Positions 31,531-41,107 of a stretch of DNA of 64,000 nucleotides are shown piece by piece. This DNA is from an uncultured virus (IMG/VR IMGVR_UViG_3300037067_009972). Lineage: Duplodnaviria > Heunggongvirae > Uroviricota > Caudoviricetes. Made by a program: the position numbers and the translations under genes. The stretch lies in IMG/VR virus record IMGVR_UViG_3300037067_009972; one strand, given 5' to 3'. The stretch's first letter is position 1, and the number at the start of each line of letters is the position of its first letter. The notes under the pieces are model-generated. The model saw only the letters and a list, made by a program, of their open reading frames with translations. It searched no databases and had not been told where the DNA came from.

Positions 31531-32198
31531 CATTTCAAAAAGATACTACAGACACTAGCAAGCAAATTTCTTTTGATATAGAGACTATACCTCTGACTAA
31601 AGATCAATTGGCTCCAGAGCTAGAAGACCTTATAATGCGTAAACTAGAACGTGCCTTAAGAACTAACCCCGGAATAGATGTAGATGCAGAGCGGCGAAAA
31701 ATTATGGCAACTGACCCTTTATTGGGACAAATAGTTTGCATTGGAATGCACTATGCACCTAGCGACGTTAGTGTAGTTTTAACCGATAAATCGGAAAAAG
31801 TTATATTAGAAAAATTCTGGAAAGCAATTGCATCGTTTAACGGAGTTTTTATAGGATTCAATTCAGTTAGATTCGACGTACCTTTTATAATTAGACGCAG
31901 TATGTTACATCGTATTACTCCGACGAATAAGACCTTTTTACAGTGCACAAAATTTGATCCCTACCCCCCACATTTTGACGTGATGTTACAATTGTCGGGT
32001 AGAGATGGGTTTATAAGTTTAAAAAATGCATGTGCTGCCTTCGGTATACCATCGCCGAAAGATGGTGCTATTCGTGCGGATGGTGTAGAAACGGCTTATT
32101 ATAGCGGTAAGATAAAAGAAATCTCTGAATATTGTTTACGTGATGTCATTGCGACATACAAGTTATACGAAATTATAATTAATTACATATCGAAATAA
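31527..32198 (+). CDS. DEDDy 3'-5' exonuclease (PolB-exo-like), probable non-canonical start
   Basis: ExoI FDIET lies upstream of the called TTG; ExoII FNSVRFDVPF; ExoIII YCLRDV. Confidence 0.8.
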   Translation: MTFQKDTTDTSKQISFDIETIPLTKDQLAPELEDLIMRKLERALRTNPGIDVDAERRKIMATDPLLGQIVCIGMHYAPSDVSVVLTDKSEKVILEKFWKAIASFNGVFIGFNSVRFDVPFIIRRSMLHRITPTNKTFLQCTKFDPYPPHFDVMLQLSGRDGFISLKNACAAFGIPSPKDGAIRADGVETAYYSGKIKEISEYCLRDVIATYKLYEIIINYISK

Positions 32199-33903
32199 AT
32201 GAGCTTATTTAAAAAGCCTACAAAAGAAGATAGACGTTTGAAGATGCTAGTATTTGGTGAAAGCGGTACGGGTAAAACCGTAACTTCACTATATTTCCCA
32301 TCTCCAGCGATAGTTGATATTGATGGTGGTACTGATTTTTATATCGATAAATTTGAAATGACTCGATTAAAAACAACCGACATCGATGACATCAATAAAG
32401 CAGTAGATGAACTTATTGTAGATCCATCGGGGGTAAAAACATTTGTATTAGATGGTATTTCTAACTATTGGGACTTACTTCAAGACAAGCATTTAAAACG
32501 TCTTAGAGTTAAAAAAGGTAAACCTGATTATATATTTCAACCGTTAGATTACAAATTGTTAAATTCAGATATAAAAGCATTCATAAACAAACTATTAGCG
32601 TTAGATTTAAATATAATAGTTACAGCAAAAACAAAAAATGAATATGCTGCAGATACCTCCGAGTTTATGAAAATCATTGGTAAAAAACCAGATGGTCCAA
32701 AAGAAGCTCCGTATGCGCAAATTATATGAAATAGATGAATCGTTTTTTGATAAGATTGATTCCGCGGATAAGGCCTACATATTAGGGTTTATAGCAGCTG
32801 ACGGTCATGTTGAAATAAGTGATAATAAACATTATCGTTTTAGATTTAATCAACAAAAAAGAGATATGGAAATTCTATATTATATCAAAAAACAATTGTC
32901 ATATACTGGACCGATACATGTTAGAGGCAAATATGTTTACTTAGAAATAAATAATAAACATTTGGTGCAGGCTTTATATAAAGCAGGACTACAAAACAAT
33001 AAAGCTTTAACATTAAAACCTCTTAAAATTTTAAAACAACTTAGAAGTTCCTTTATCAGGGGCTTATTTGATGGCGATGGTTGTGCAGCAATTTATAAGC
33101 GCAAAACCCATATGAAACCTTACATCATTTTCACAGGTACACAACAAATGCTTCAGTGGGTTCAAGAACAAGTGGGATGCTCCTATAAATTAACTAAAGT
33201 TTATAATAGTTATAACCTAAATATAGGTGGATTTCATAATATAATAAAAGCTACACAATTACTAAATAAAAGTTGTTTTGGATTAAAACGAAAGACAAAA
33301 GTATTGGATAAAATTGCGGCCTATTGTGAGAAATCACTTAGGAAACACCGGGAATAACGGGGGAACACCTACACCAGGTAGGCCAATCCCGTGGCGTAAA
33401 TCGCCCGAACGACTGACAACCGGCTTCCTGCGGGAAGATGATACAGTCTGCTCTGCGACTATATATAAAATCGCAGCTAACATTAGGATTTGTTCGATAT
33501 CGTACTCGAACTAAGCTTTGGACCAGGAGACACGCGATTAGCAAAAGTTATAAAAGATCGCACTAACACATTACCAAGAGAATTTGAGTATTCATATCAA
33601 GAACTAACGAAGTACTTGGATATGAAAGAACTCGAGCGAGAGCCAGTACAACTACGTGCTACTCAACGCTTAAATCAGGTTTCAAATCGCACTACCACTA
33701 TCACCTTAGATGGTCAGTCGGTCATGACTGCCGGAATCACCTCCGACACGTTAACAAAACTTCGTGATATAATTCCTCACTTTGAGGAAAAAGAATTAAA
33801 GGACAAACTCAATGAGGACTATTTTGTTGGTTCTCTATTAGATTTAAAGGAAGACGAAGCAAAACAATTCCTTGCTGATTTACAAGTAAAATTAAATGGT
33901 TAA
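32199..33903 (+). CDS. AAA_24/Sak4-like recombination ATPase, spliced (exons 32199-32712 and 33488-33903, 309 aa)
   Basis: Walker A GESGTGKT, DIDGG, Walker B VLDG; joined exons read KEAPY-LFDIVLEL in frame (930 nt). Confidence 0.85.
32713..33357 (+). CDS. LAGLIDADG homing endonuclease (two-motif)
   Basis: AYILGFIAADG and FIRGLFDGDG motifs; probable ATG at 32713. Confidence 0.9.
   Translation: MRKLYEIDESFFDKIDSADKAYILGFIAADGHVEISDNKHYRFRFNQQKRDMEILYYIKKQLSYTGPIHVRGKYVYLEINNKHLVQALYKAGLQNNKALTLKPLKILKQLRSSFIRGLFDGDGCAAIYKRKTHMKPYIIFTGTQQMLQWVQEQVGCSYKLTKVYNSYNLNIGGFHNIIKATQLLNKSCFGLKRKTKVLDKIAAYCEKSLRKHRE
32713..33487 (+). mobile_element. group I intron with homing endonuclease gene in the P1 loop
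   Basis: Exon 1 ends in U and the intron ends in G; IGS AAATTGCGG (33311-19) pairs with both exon ends; P4 ACGGG/CCCGT; P7 GACTG/CAGTC; P8 CTTCC/GGAAG; P9 CTGCGA/TCGCAG. Confidence 0.88.
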
Positions 33904-33910
33904 AATATAA

Positions 33911-34330
33911 ATGGCATATAATTTACGTGATGTGAAAGGATCAAGTTTTGATCCAATACCAGAAGGCCGCTACAATGTAGTGGTAGAAAAAGCAGAACTT
34001 ACAGCTGCAAAAGATAGCGGTAATCCGATGATAAAGGTTACATTAAAGATCCTAGATGGAGACAGTAAAGGACGTTTAGCATGGGATAATTTTGTATTAA
34101 TTGAAAAATCTCTTTGGAAACTAAAAGGATTTTTAGAAGCAATTGATAGTAATGTAGCAGAATCTACTAATGCAACAGAACAAGATATTGCAAATGCAAT
34201 GGTTAATTCAAAAGTAAGTGTATGGCTTGAACAACGTGTTGGTGAAAATTCGGTTATTTCCAACAATGTTAAGTATTATACACCGGCTGAAGTTGCAACC
34301 AGCGCAAAAAAGAGTAATCTTTTAGGATAA
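33911..34330 (+). CDS. DUF669-like putative single-stranded DNA-binding protein
   Basis: FDPIPEGRYNVVV...SGNPMIKV...WDNFVL; follows the Sak4-like gene. Confidence 0.7.
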   Translation: MAYNLRDVKGSSFDPIPEGRYNVVVEKAELTAAKDSGNPMIKVTLKILDGDSKGRLAWDNFVLIEKSLWKLKGFLEAIDSNVAESTNATEQDIANAMVNSKVSVWLEQRVGENSVISNNVKYYTPAEVATSAKKSNLLG

Positions 34331-34339
34331 ACAGCAGAT

Positions 34340-34368
34340 TTGCTTGTTATCCGATAAGTTAGTATAAT
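34340..34368 (+). promoter_or_regulatory. promoter TTGCTT-N17-TATAAT followed by GC hairpin (34370-34393)
   Basis: Consensus -10 and 17-nt spacer; AGGCCTCGGCA/TGTCGAGGCCT inverted repeat. Confidence 0.6.
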
Positions 34369-34404
34369 TAGGCCTCGGCACATGTCGAGGCCTTCAAGTA
34401 TAAT

Positions 34405-35124
34405 ATGGATAAGTTTATTCAACGACCACTGACTCTTGCACAAACAAATGAGATACTAGAATTTCTATCTTATCATTTAAACTATTATCCACCCAACAAA
34501 TTAAATGTAATCTTTGCTAAAACACCTAAACAATTTGCGAAATTGCATGGTAAAGATAAAAACGCTGGTTTAGTTACAAGTGATGATATAAATAATGAAG
34601 TACCTGCATTTTTTGATCATTTGACTAACACTGCTGTTTTTCAGGGATTCTCTTATGTAAACGGTACTGCGGTTCCAAATTTTTTATTGCCAATGTCCAC
34701 AGTTATACATGAATGTATACATTTTTATCAGTATTCTTCCGGCCCATTCGGTAAATGGCGAACTTTATACGAAGGAACAAATGAAATATTGTCCTGTTTC
34801 TTCACGGACGATTACCAGTTTGATTATAAAGATGAAGCCATATACGCATATAATTTAATACTAGCTATTAATAACGGTAATTTTTGGGAAGCAATTAATT
34901 GGATGAAACGTTATACAACACATAGTGATAAAAATACATTCGTATCACGCAGTATATTACAAACAGCAGCATTTGCTAAGTATAGACCCACAAATTTAAT
35001 GCGCTGGTTAGATACCGATTCGTTGCAGAAAATAAAAAATGAAGATGTTCGATTATTATTTACAAAGTACGGTGAGTCACAAATTAAAAAACAGCTCCAC
35101 AAAAATAGACAACTAATTTCGTGA
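34405..35124 (+). CDS. putative zinc metallopeptidase-like protein
   Basis: HECIH (HExxH) with downstream EG. Confidence 0.5.
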   Translation: MDKFIQRPLTLAQTNEILEFLSYHLNYYPPNKLNVIFAKTPKQFAKLHGKDKNAGLVTSDDINNEVPAFFDHLTNTAVFQGFSYVNGTAVPNFLLPMSTVIHECIHFYQYSSGPFGKWRTLYEGTNEILSCFFTDDYQFDYKDEAIYAYNLILAINNGNFWEAINWMKRYTTHSDKNTFVSRSILQTAAFAKYRPTNLMRWLDTDSLQKIKNEDVRLLFTKYGESQIKKQLHKNRQLIS

Positions 35125-35130
35125 GTAAAA

Positions 35131-35367
35131 ATGAAACTGACAATGGCTTGCCCAGGTGGATGTGAGGGTACTGGGAAGATTAAACTATTAAAACGGCGAT
35201 GCGGCACATGCCACGGTTTGGGAAAAATAACGTTAACCAAATATCATAAATTATTAAACAATGTCACGGAGCTTCGTAATGTAGTAAGTTTTGAAGAATT
35301 CTTAACGGAGCAGAAAAAGCGCCATGAGTTATCAATATCGGGTGAACGGACAACCCCTAGGTCATAG
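35131..35367 (+). CDS. small DnaJ-type zinc-finger protein
   Basis: CPGGCEGTG and CGTCHGLG. Confidence 0.55.
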   Translation: MKLTMACPGGCEGTGKIKLLKRRCGTCHGLGKITLTKYHKLLNNVTELRNVVSFEEFLTEQKKRHELSISGERTTPRS

Positions 35368-35971
35368 TGAAGAAAAAGATCGTGCGATAAGAGCGGCCCG
35401 CAAAGCCGCTCTTTCTATTACTAGTCCACGTGGTATAATACATGTAGAAGTAATAGATGAATCTTCGGCAGAGATAGTACACAGAGATATGGTTCTAGCT
35501 GAGATGATTAAAGATTTAGATGCAAAGGTTTTAACATCAATAGGCATGGTAGTCCCGGGTCAATTTAAGATCGAACCGGAGAAGAAAAAGATAGTTGATC
35601 GTCCACTTTTTAAGGTGGGTCAATATATAATGCTTCAAGACGAGTTACACATCATAACAGATGTAACTGACTCTTGTGCACGCGCATGTCCGGTACATAA
35701 AAAGAAAGTACTAATAAAAAATAAACTTACAGATAAAGAATGTGAATTTACGGTGAAACGTAAATCAATTTCTTTATCCCCAACCGCCGAAAATGTTTTA
35801 TCTAAAGAAGCGGTAGAAATAGAATTAAAAAAGATCGAGGAATTAGAACATGGAAATTCTAGAACAAGCAGTAGAGATATTCGAGACAGTGCTCGAGACC
35901 CTTCACGAAAACAAGGAAAAAGTGAAAGAACTAGTACAGACGGGAATGGAAATAGTGGGCCTGCTTCATAA
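35324..35971 (+). CDS. hypothetical protein
   Basis: 215-aa ORF. Confidence 0.5.
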   Translation: MSYQYRVNGQPLGHSEEKDRAIRAARKAALSITSPRGIIHVEVIDESSAEIVHRDMVLAEMIKDLDAKVLTSIGMVVPGQFKIEPEKKKIVDRPLFKVGQYIMLQDELHIITDVTDSCARACPVHKKKVLIKNKLTDKECEFTVKRKSISLSPTAENVLSKEAVEIELKKIEELEHGNSRTSSRDIRDSARDPSRKQGKSERTSTDGNGNSGPAS

Positions 35972-36109
35972 CGCAAATGAATAATAAAGTAATAACTATA
36001 AAAATAATAGAGGATGCAGCAGATGTTACTGTTAATCCTCGTACACGAATTAAATTGGTAGATCAATTATTTAAGCTGTTTCAAGAGAAGGGCGTGGTAG
36101 TAAGTATAG

Positions 36110-36628
36110 ATGCCGATGAATCAACTGGAGAAACGCGTACAGACGGCGAATTTAATATATCGCAAAAAGAAAATAGCAATAATCGGTAAAGTCGAAGTTC
36201 CAATTCTTGTTACAAAAACAGGGATGATACCTCGACAGAGCACAGTAGATTTTACAGGTATCTATAAAAAAGAAATTAGGGCCGCCGATCAAATTGACAA
36301 CAACGGTACTTATTATGTAACAACTGTAGGTCAAGGTATCGCCTTTGATGCAAAAGAAACGTTAAGTAAAACTTCATTTCCTTTGAGTAATATACATCAA
36401 CATCAGTTGGTGTTTTTAGAATACTTTGAGGATTGCGGGGGTACTTCCTTCTTTCTAATACAGTTTAAGAAACTACACCCGAATCATGCATTTGTTACAC
36501 CTCTTGCATTCGTTAAAAAATTTTGGTATGATGAATCCTCTCGACGTAGTTTACCTTACACTGATTTCGACCAGAAATGGCTTACGGAAATTAACAATTA
36601 TTTGAAATATTTTATAAATGATCTTTAA
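36110..36628 (+). CDS. recU: Holliday junction resolvase RecU
   Basis: STVDFTG, IAFDAKET, FPLSNIHQHQ motifs. Confidence 0.85.
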   Translation: MPMNQLEKRVQTANLIYRKKKIAIIGKVEVPILVTKTGMIPRQSTVDFTGIYKKEIRAADQIDNNGTYYVTTVGQGIAFDAKETLSKTSFPLSNIHQHQLVFLEYFEDCGGTSFFLIQFKKLHPNHAFVTPLAFVKKFWYDESSRRSLPYTDFDQKWLTEINNYLKYFINDL

Positions 36629-36828
36629 CAAATTTGAAACAAAATGCGTAGGAATAGCTATTGACGAATGGCCCCATCTAATGATTGGTATTTTCAAAAT
36701 CGAAGATGATACGTGGGGCATGTTGTCTCCCATCCCTGCAGATAACCCGTTGTCTAAATCTTGGCAAGGGGTAGATTCTGAATTATATGTACGTTTAAAG
36801 GACGTAAAATTAATAAAATTAATTACTT

Positions 36829-37314
36829 ATGACGAAAATAAAGAAGCAAATAAAAACAGAGACCTCTTTGGGCCGAGTTCAGCCCATAAAGATCCCAGTA
36901 AAACTGTTGTCGGATAAAGCAATATTTCCAACCAAACCACACGAAACTGACGCATGTTTTGATCTATATGTGTGTTCTCCAAAATCAATTCGTATCGCAG
37001 CAAATGGACATGAATCGATACCAACCGGAGTTGCATTTAATATACCTCCCGGGTATTTCGGTAAAATTTATGAACGTAGTGGCGTTTCTTTACAACGACC
37101 TATCACCATAAAGGCTGGTGTCATCGATTCCGGGTATACGGGTGAAATAAAAGTTATTGTACATAATCACGGCGATATGCCAGAACTGATCGACACTGGA
37201 GCAAAATTGGCGCAAATAGCGATTCATGAGCTGCCTGTTGTCGAATTGACGCAAGTCGAAGAATTTAAAAGCACCGAGCGCGGTGAAAAAGGATTTGGTA
37301 GTAGCGGGATATGA
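36829..37314 (+). CDS. dut: trimeric dUTPase
   Basis: ACFDL, RSG, GVIDSGYTGE, AQ, RGEKGFGSSG motifs. Confidence 0.93.
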   Translation: MTKIKKQIKTETSLGRVQPIKIPVKLLSDKAIFPTKPHETDACFDLYVCSPKSIRIAANGHESIPTGVAFNIPPGYFGKIYERSGVSLQRPITIKAGVIDSGYTGEIKVIVHNHGDMPELIDTGAKLAQIAIHELPVVELTQVEEFKSTERGEKGFGSSGI

Positions 37315-39440
37315 TTAATTATTTAGAGGAATTATCCAATTTTGTTTTTACTAGTAAATATGCCAGATACAATGAAAAACTAGGTCGTAGAGAATCTTGG
37401 GAAGAGGCTATTAAACGGCTCGAAAATATGTACAAAAAGAAATATTCCTACTTACCAGAAAAAGACTGGGCAGAAATAAATTGGGCATTTGATATGATAC
37501 GTGCTAAACGTATAGTTCCATCTATGAGATCCTTACAGTTTGGTGGTAAAGCTATTGAGGCCCACGAACCTAGAATCTACAATTGTGCCGTTAGACACGT
37601 TGATTCTTTACGAGCATTCGCTGAAATCTTTTATTTGTTACTTTGTGGAAATGGGGTAGGTATTGGGCTATCTAATACTTTCTTAGCACGTCTACCAAAT
37701 CTTGTTAATGCCAAAGATAAAACAGGTACCGTGATAACTTATGCCGTTGAAGATACAATAGAAGGATGGGCTGATAGTATGGAAGCCCTTTTAAACTGTT
37801 ATTTCAAAAATACGCCATACACTGGACGCAAAATTGTTTTTGATTATAGCAAGATTCGCGCCGCGGGTACGCCATTAAAAACAGGTGGTGGTAAAGCACC
37901 CGGTTATCGAGGATTGAAAAATGCTCATAAAAAAGTAAAGTTATTGTTAGATCATGTTATAGAGGATTTGCATCAGACACGTTTGAAATCCATAAATGCA
38001 TACGATATTTTAATGCATGCAGCGGACGCGGTATTATCTGGAGGGATCCGCCGCAGTGCTACTTCGGTAGTATTTGATAAAGATGATCTAGATCTAACAA
38101 ACGCCAAAACATTTTTCAATGTAATAAGAAAAGGTAAGTTTGAGCAAGATTCTAAGACTAAAAAATATGAAGGCTACGTTATACTAGAAGACCCGGCTTA
38201 TCCTGGAAAACAGAAAGTCGAAGTTGAGATGGATGAATGGGCATATAATGACTTGCAACAGAATCAGCGAATTAGCTGGTTCTATGTCTACCCACATCGT
38301 GCACGTAGTAACAACAGTGTTTTACTCTTAAGAGATTCTGTTACAACAGAAGAGTTTAAAACAATATATGAGCGAACGAAAGAATTCGGAGAACCTGGTT
38401 TTGTATTTGCCAATCATCCGTGGACCCTATTCAATCCGTGTTTTGAAATAGGTTTTATACCTGTCACTGAAGACGGAGTATGTGGGGTACAATTTTGTAA
38501 TTTGACCTCAATTAATGGTGCCAAAGTGCATTCATTAGAAGACTATCTAGAGTGTGCAAAGGCCGCAACAATAATTGGAACGTTACAGGCAACCTATACC
38601 ACTTTCCCGTATTTATCACCTGCGGCAACTAAACTAACGGCAGGTGAGGCCTTGCTAGGTGTTTCGATAACAGGGATGATGGACAATCCTCAAATATTGT
38701 TAAATCCGAACTATCAAAAAGAAGCCGCAGAATTAGTTATAAAAACTAACAGTGCGTGGTCAAAGAAACTAGGAATTAACCAGGCAGCGCGTGTAACATG
38801 TATAAAACCAGAAGGTACAGGAAGTTTAGTATTAGGCAGCGCTTCTGGAATTCATGCACATCATGCAAAACCAAGGTTTTTCCGGCGGGTTCAGGTTAAT
38901 AAATATGATCCGGTGTATCAATACTTTAAAACAGTAAACCCCCATATGACGGAAGAATCTGTTTGGAGCGCTAATAAGACAGATGATGTAATTACATTTC
39001 CGGTGGAAATAACAGATACCGCTTTGGTTAAAAGCGACTTAGATGCGTTAAAACATCTTGAGATTATTAAAACAACTCAACAAAATTGGGTTGTCACGGG
39101 TACTACACCTGTAAATAGAAAAGGAGTCACTCATAATGTCTCATGTACTGTTGTTGTAAACACAGAAGAATGGGATAAAGTGCGTGATTATTTATATGAT
39201 AATAAAAATTACTTTGCAGCAGTTTCCTTGTTAGCTCATACGGGCGACAAAGATTTTAAACAAGCCCCCTTAGAAGCAGTTACAACTGAAGAAGATAAAA
39301 AACTGTGGGATAAAATTATTGCCGATTTCAAACCTGTAAACTATAAAGGATTGAAAGAAGGCGAAGACCAAACCGCCTTACAACAAGAATTAGTATGTGC
39401 AGGTGGACAATGTGAACTTCCAATATTGAGTAATCAATGA
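37311..39440 (+). CDS. nrdJ: class II (adenosylcobalamin-dependent) ribonucleotide reductase
   Basis: PSMRSLQFGG, YNC, GGIRRSA, NPCFEI, FCNL, TCIKPEGT, C-terminal CAGGQC; no beta-subunit gene nearby. Confidence 0.88.
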   Translation: MINYLEELSNFVFTSKYARYNEKLGRRESWEEAIKRLENMYKKKYSYLPEKDWAEINWAFDMIRAKRIVPSMRSLQFGGKAIEAHEPRIYNCAVRHVDSLRAFAEIFYLLLCGNGVGIGLSNTFLARLPNLVNAKDKTGTVITYAVEDTIEGWADSMEALLNCYFKNTPYTGRKIVFDYSKIRAAGTPLKTGGGKAPGYRGLKNAHKKVKLLLDHVIEDLHQTRLKSINAYDILMHAADAVLSGGIRRSATSVVFDKDDLDLTNAKTFFNVIRKGKFEQDSKTKKYEGYVILEDPAYPGKQKVEVEMDEWAYNDLQQNQRISWFYVYPHRARSNNSVLLLRDSVTTEEFKTIYERTKEFGEPGFVFANHPWTLFNPCFEIGFIPVTEDGVCGVQFCNLTSINGAKVHSLEDYLECAKAATIIGTLQATYTTFPYLSPAATKLTAGEALLGVSITGMMDNPQILLNPNYQKEAAELVIKTNSAWSKKLGINQAARVTCIKPEGTGSLVLGSASGIHAHHAKPRFFRRVQVNKYDPVYQYFKTVNPHMTEESVWSANKTDDVITFPVEITDTALVKSDLDALKHLEIIKTTQQNWVVTGTTPVNRKGVTHNVSCTVVVNTEEWDKVRDYLYDNKNYFAAVSLLAHTGDKDFKQAPLEAVTTEEDKKLWDKIIADFKPVNYKGLKEGEDQTALQQELVCAGGQCELPILSNQ

Positions 39441-39709
39441 GATATGAATGTGTAAAAAGCGATATTCTTAAAAAGTGGCATGAGATAGAATTACTACCTG
39501 GTGTAAAAGATGAATGGATTGTGATTCAATCAAATGGTATCGAAGGTCCTTCAAAGATAGAAAGAATTATGAACCAACCAGCGCCGGAGTTTCGAGGAAC
39601 CTACGAAGAAGCAACTATAGAGTGTGAAAAACGTATAGCGCATCTCGAAGCGCTTGGTTATGTTAAAGTCATTAAAAAGACGGATGAAGACGAATTATTG
39701 CAACCTTAA
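39437..39709 (+). CDS. hypothetical protein (WGR-like)
   Basis: Ends in ...EALGY; weak resemblance only. Confidence 0.35.
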   Translation: MRYECVKSDILKKWHEIELLPGVKDEWIVIQSNGIEGPSKIERIMNQPAPEFRGTYEEATIECEKRIAHLEALGYVKVIKKTDEDELLQP

Positions 39710-40050
39710 AATAGGTCGCTACAAAAAGAAAGCTACAATCAAGGATTTGGAAATACGAACACCGCAAGGACGAGAAAAGATTTATCTGAAAGTACGTTCT
39801 TTAGACGGGCAAGTTTTGACTATCAATGAAATATGGTACAAAAATAATGAAAATAAATTGGTTACACAGGGTTTATGGGTGGAGTTGGATTCAGATGGTC
39901 AACTTTATCCCACAAGCACCTTGGCTAGACTACTTTTGTTTATGGGTATTAGTTCAATTGGGGAACTTATAGATAAAGAAGTTACTTTAAAACCTAAAAG
40001 CACTGGATTTCTTTGCGTCGAAACATTTTAATATTGATACCCACAATTAC

Positions 40051-40377
40051 GTGGGTATCTTCAAGTTTATGGCAAAAATAAAAGACACCCTACTATTAAT
40101 ACCAGACGAAGAATTACGTGGATGGATTGAAGCGTTTTTAGTTCGAAATTATGGCGAATACTCGCTACAAAATGACGTAGAAACCTGGTACAATGAGCTG
40201 GGGTTAGTTTTACACAAACAACCGTTTTCTGCAGTAAGCACTGGTAAAGGTGGTCTTACAATTCAGGCAGTAACGTCCTATGTAGCTTACGACGATTTCC
40301 AGGGAACGTCAAAATACTTAATATGCTTGTATGGATTAATCTGTAAATTAACTCAAATAGTACTTGACACTAAGTAA
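40051..40377 (+). CDS. hypothetical protein
   Basis: 108-aa ORF. Confidence 0.45.
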   Translation: MGIFKFMAKIKDTLLLIPDEELRGWIEAFLVRNYGEYSLQNDVETWYNELGLVLHKQPFSAVSTGKGGLTIQAVTSYVAYDDFQGTSKYLICLYGLICKLTQIVLDTK

Positions 40378-40392
40378 AATTTTTCGTATATT
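40364..40392 (+). promoter_or_regulatory. strong sigma70 promoter TTGACA-N17-TATATT heading the tRNA array
   Basis: Perfect -35 and 17-nt spacer about 170 nt upstream of the first tRNA. Confidence 0.7.
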
Positions 40393-40566
40393 ATAAACAT
40401 GCAACTCTTAGAACATACATATCGTCCATTTAATAATAAAGGCATTGATACCCAAGTCAGACTTAGCCCTATGGGATGTTTATGTTCACTATCGCTTTGG
40501 TCTCCCGTAGGGCAATAAATACTATCCAAGCTGTTTTCACGTTTTAACTATTTAATGTATCAACTT

Positions 40567-40640
40567 GTCGCTATCTTCTAATAGGTTTAGGAAATCGGTT
40601 TCTCAAATCGATAACATCAGTTCGATCCTGATTAGCGGCA
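40567..40640 (+). tRNA. tRNA-Glu(CTC)
   Basis: Cloverleaf; anticodon arm TCGGT-TTCTCAA-ATCGA; no CCA. Confidence 0.85.
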
Positions 40641-40644
40641 CAAA

Positions 40645-40878
40645 ATGGAACGATACGAAATACAACAACAGGGGTTTCCGACAAAATTTTATAATGTGCG
40701 GAAAAATGATTATGATTATGGATATATTGATATAGCGACAGGTAAAGATGTAATTCGCTATAGCGATAAACTGCATGATCGGGAAGTGTCTGTACGAAAT
40801 ATGTTAGTTATTGGGTATAAATCAGTACCACTATACTTAACATTTAGATTTGAATTACAAGAGAACTCATCGCACTAA
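40645..40878 (+). CDS. hypothetical protein (3' end overlaps RNase P-like RNA)
   Basis: 77-aa ORF. Confidence 0.4.
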   Translation: MERYEIQQQGFPTKFYNVRKNDYDYGYIDIATGKDVIRYSDKLHDREVSVRNMLVIGYKSVPLYLTFRFELQENSSH

Positions 40879-41102
40879 GCGGAGACGCAAGTGAGGAACT
40901 TCAGCTCACATAAAGGAACGGGTAGGAGAGTCACATACAGCGCTGGGTTGTTAACCCGAGAATGCTGACTCGCTTGTACTACTTAGCATGTGTGCAACGC
41001 AAACAGTCTTAGGTCGGCACGTTTCTTGGCCAATGATAGACGGGTAGCGGCCAACAGAGAAATGATGAGATAAAACAAAAAGCTGGGTAAGCTCAGTGAT
41101 TA
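40845..41102 (+). ncRNA. rnpB: RNase P RNA-like ribozyme, minimal (no P18, reduced S-domain)
   Basis: CR-I GAGGAACTTCAG, CR-IV AGAGAAATGA, CR-V ACAAAAAGCTGGGTAA; P2, P3, P4 (bulged U), P5, P6 pseudoknot and P15-17 all pair. Confidence 0.85.
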
Positions 41103-41107
41103 CTAAT

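Noticed and set aside
32677..32712. ORF-track start of the LAGLIDADG gene at 32677, and 33490..33903 as a separate gene
   Set aside because: 32677 lies in exon 1 and ATG 32713 fits better; 33490 onward is exon 2 of the spliced ATPase
37311..39440. Intein or intron in the ribonucleotide reductase
   Set aside because: Continuous ORF of ordinary size with no intein C/S...HN boundaries or endonuclease motifs
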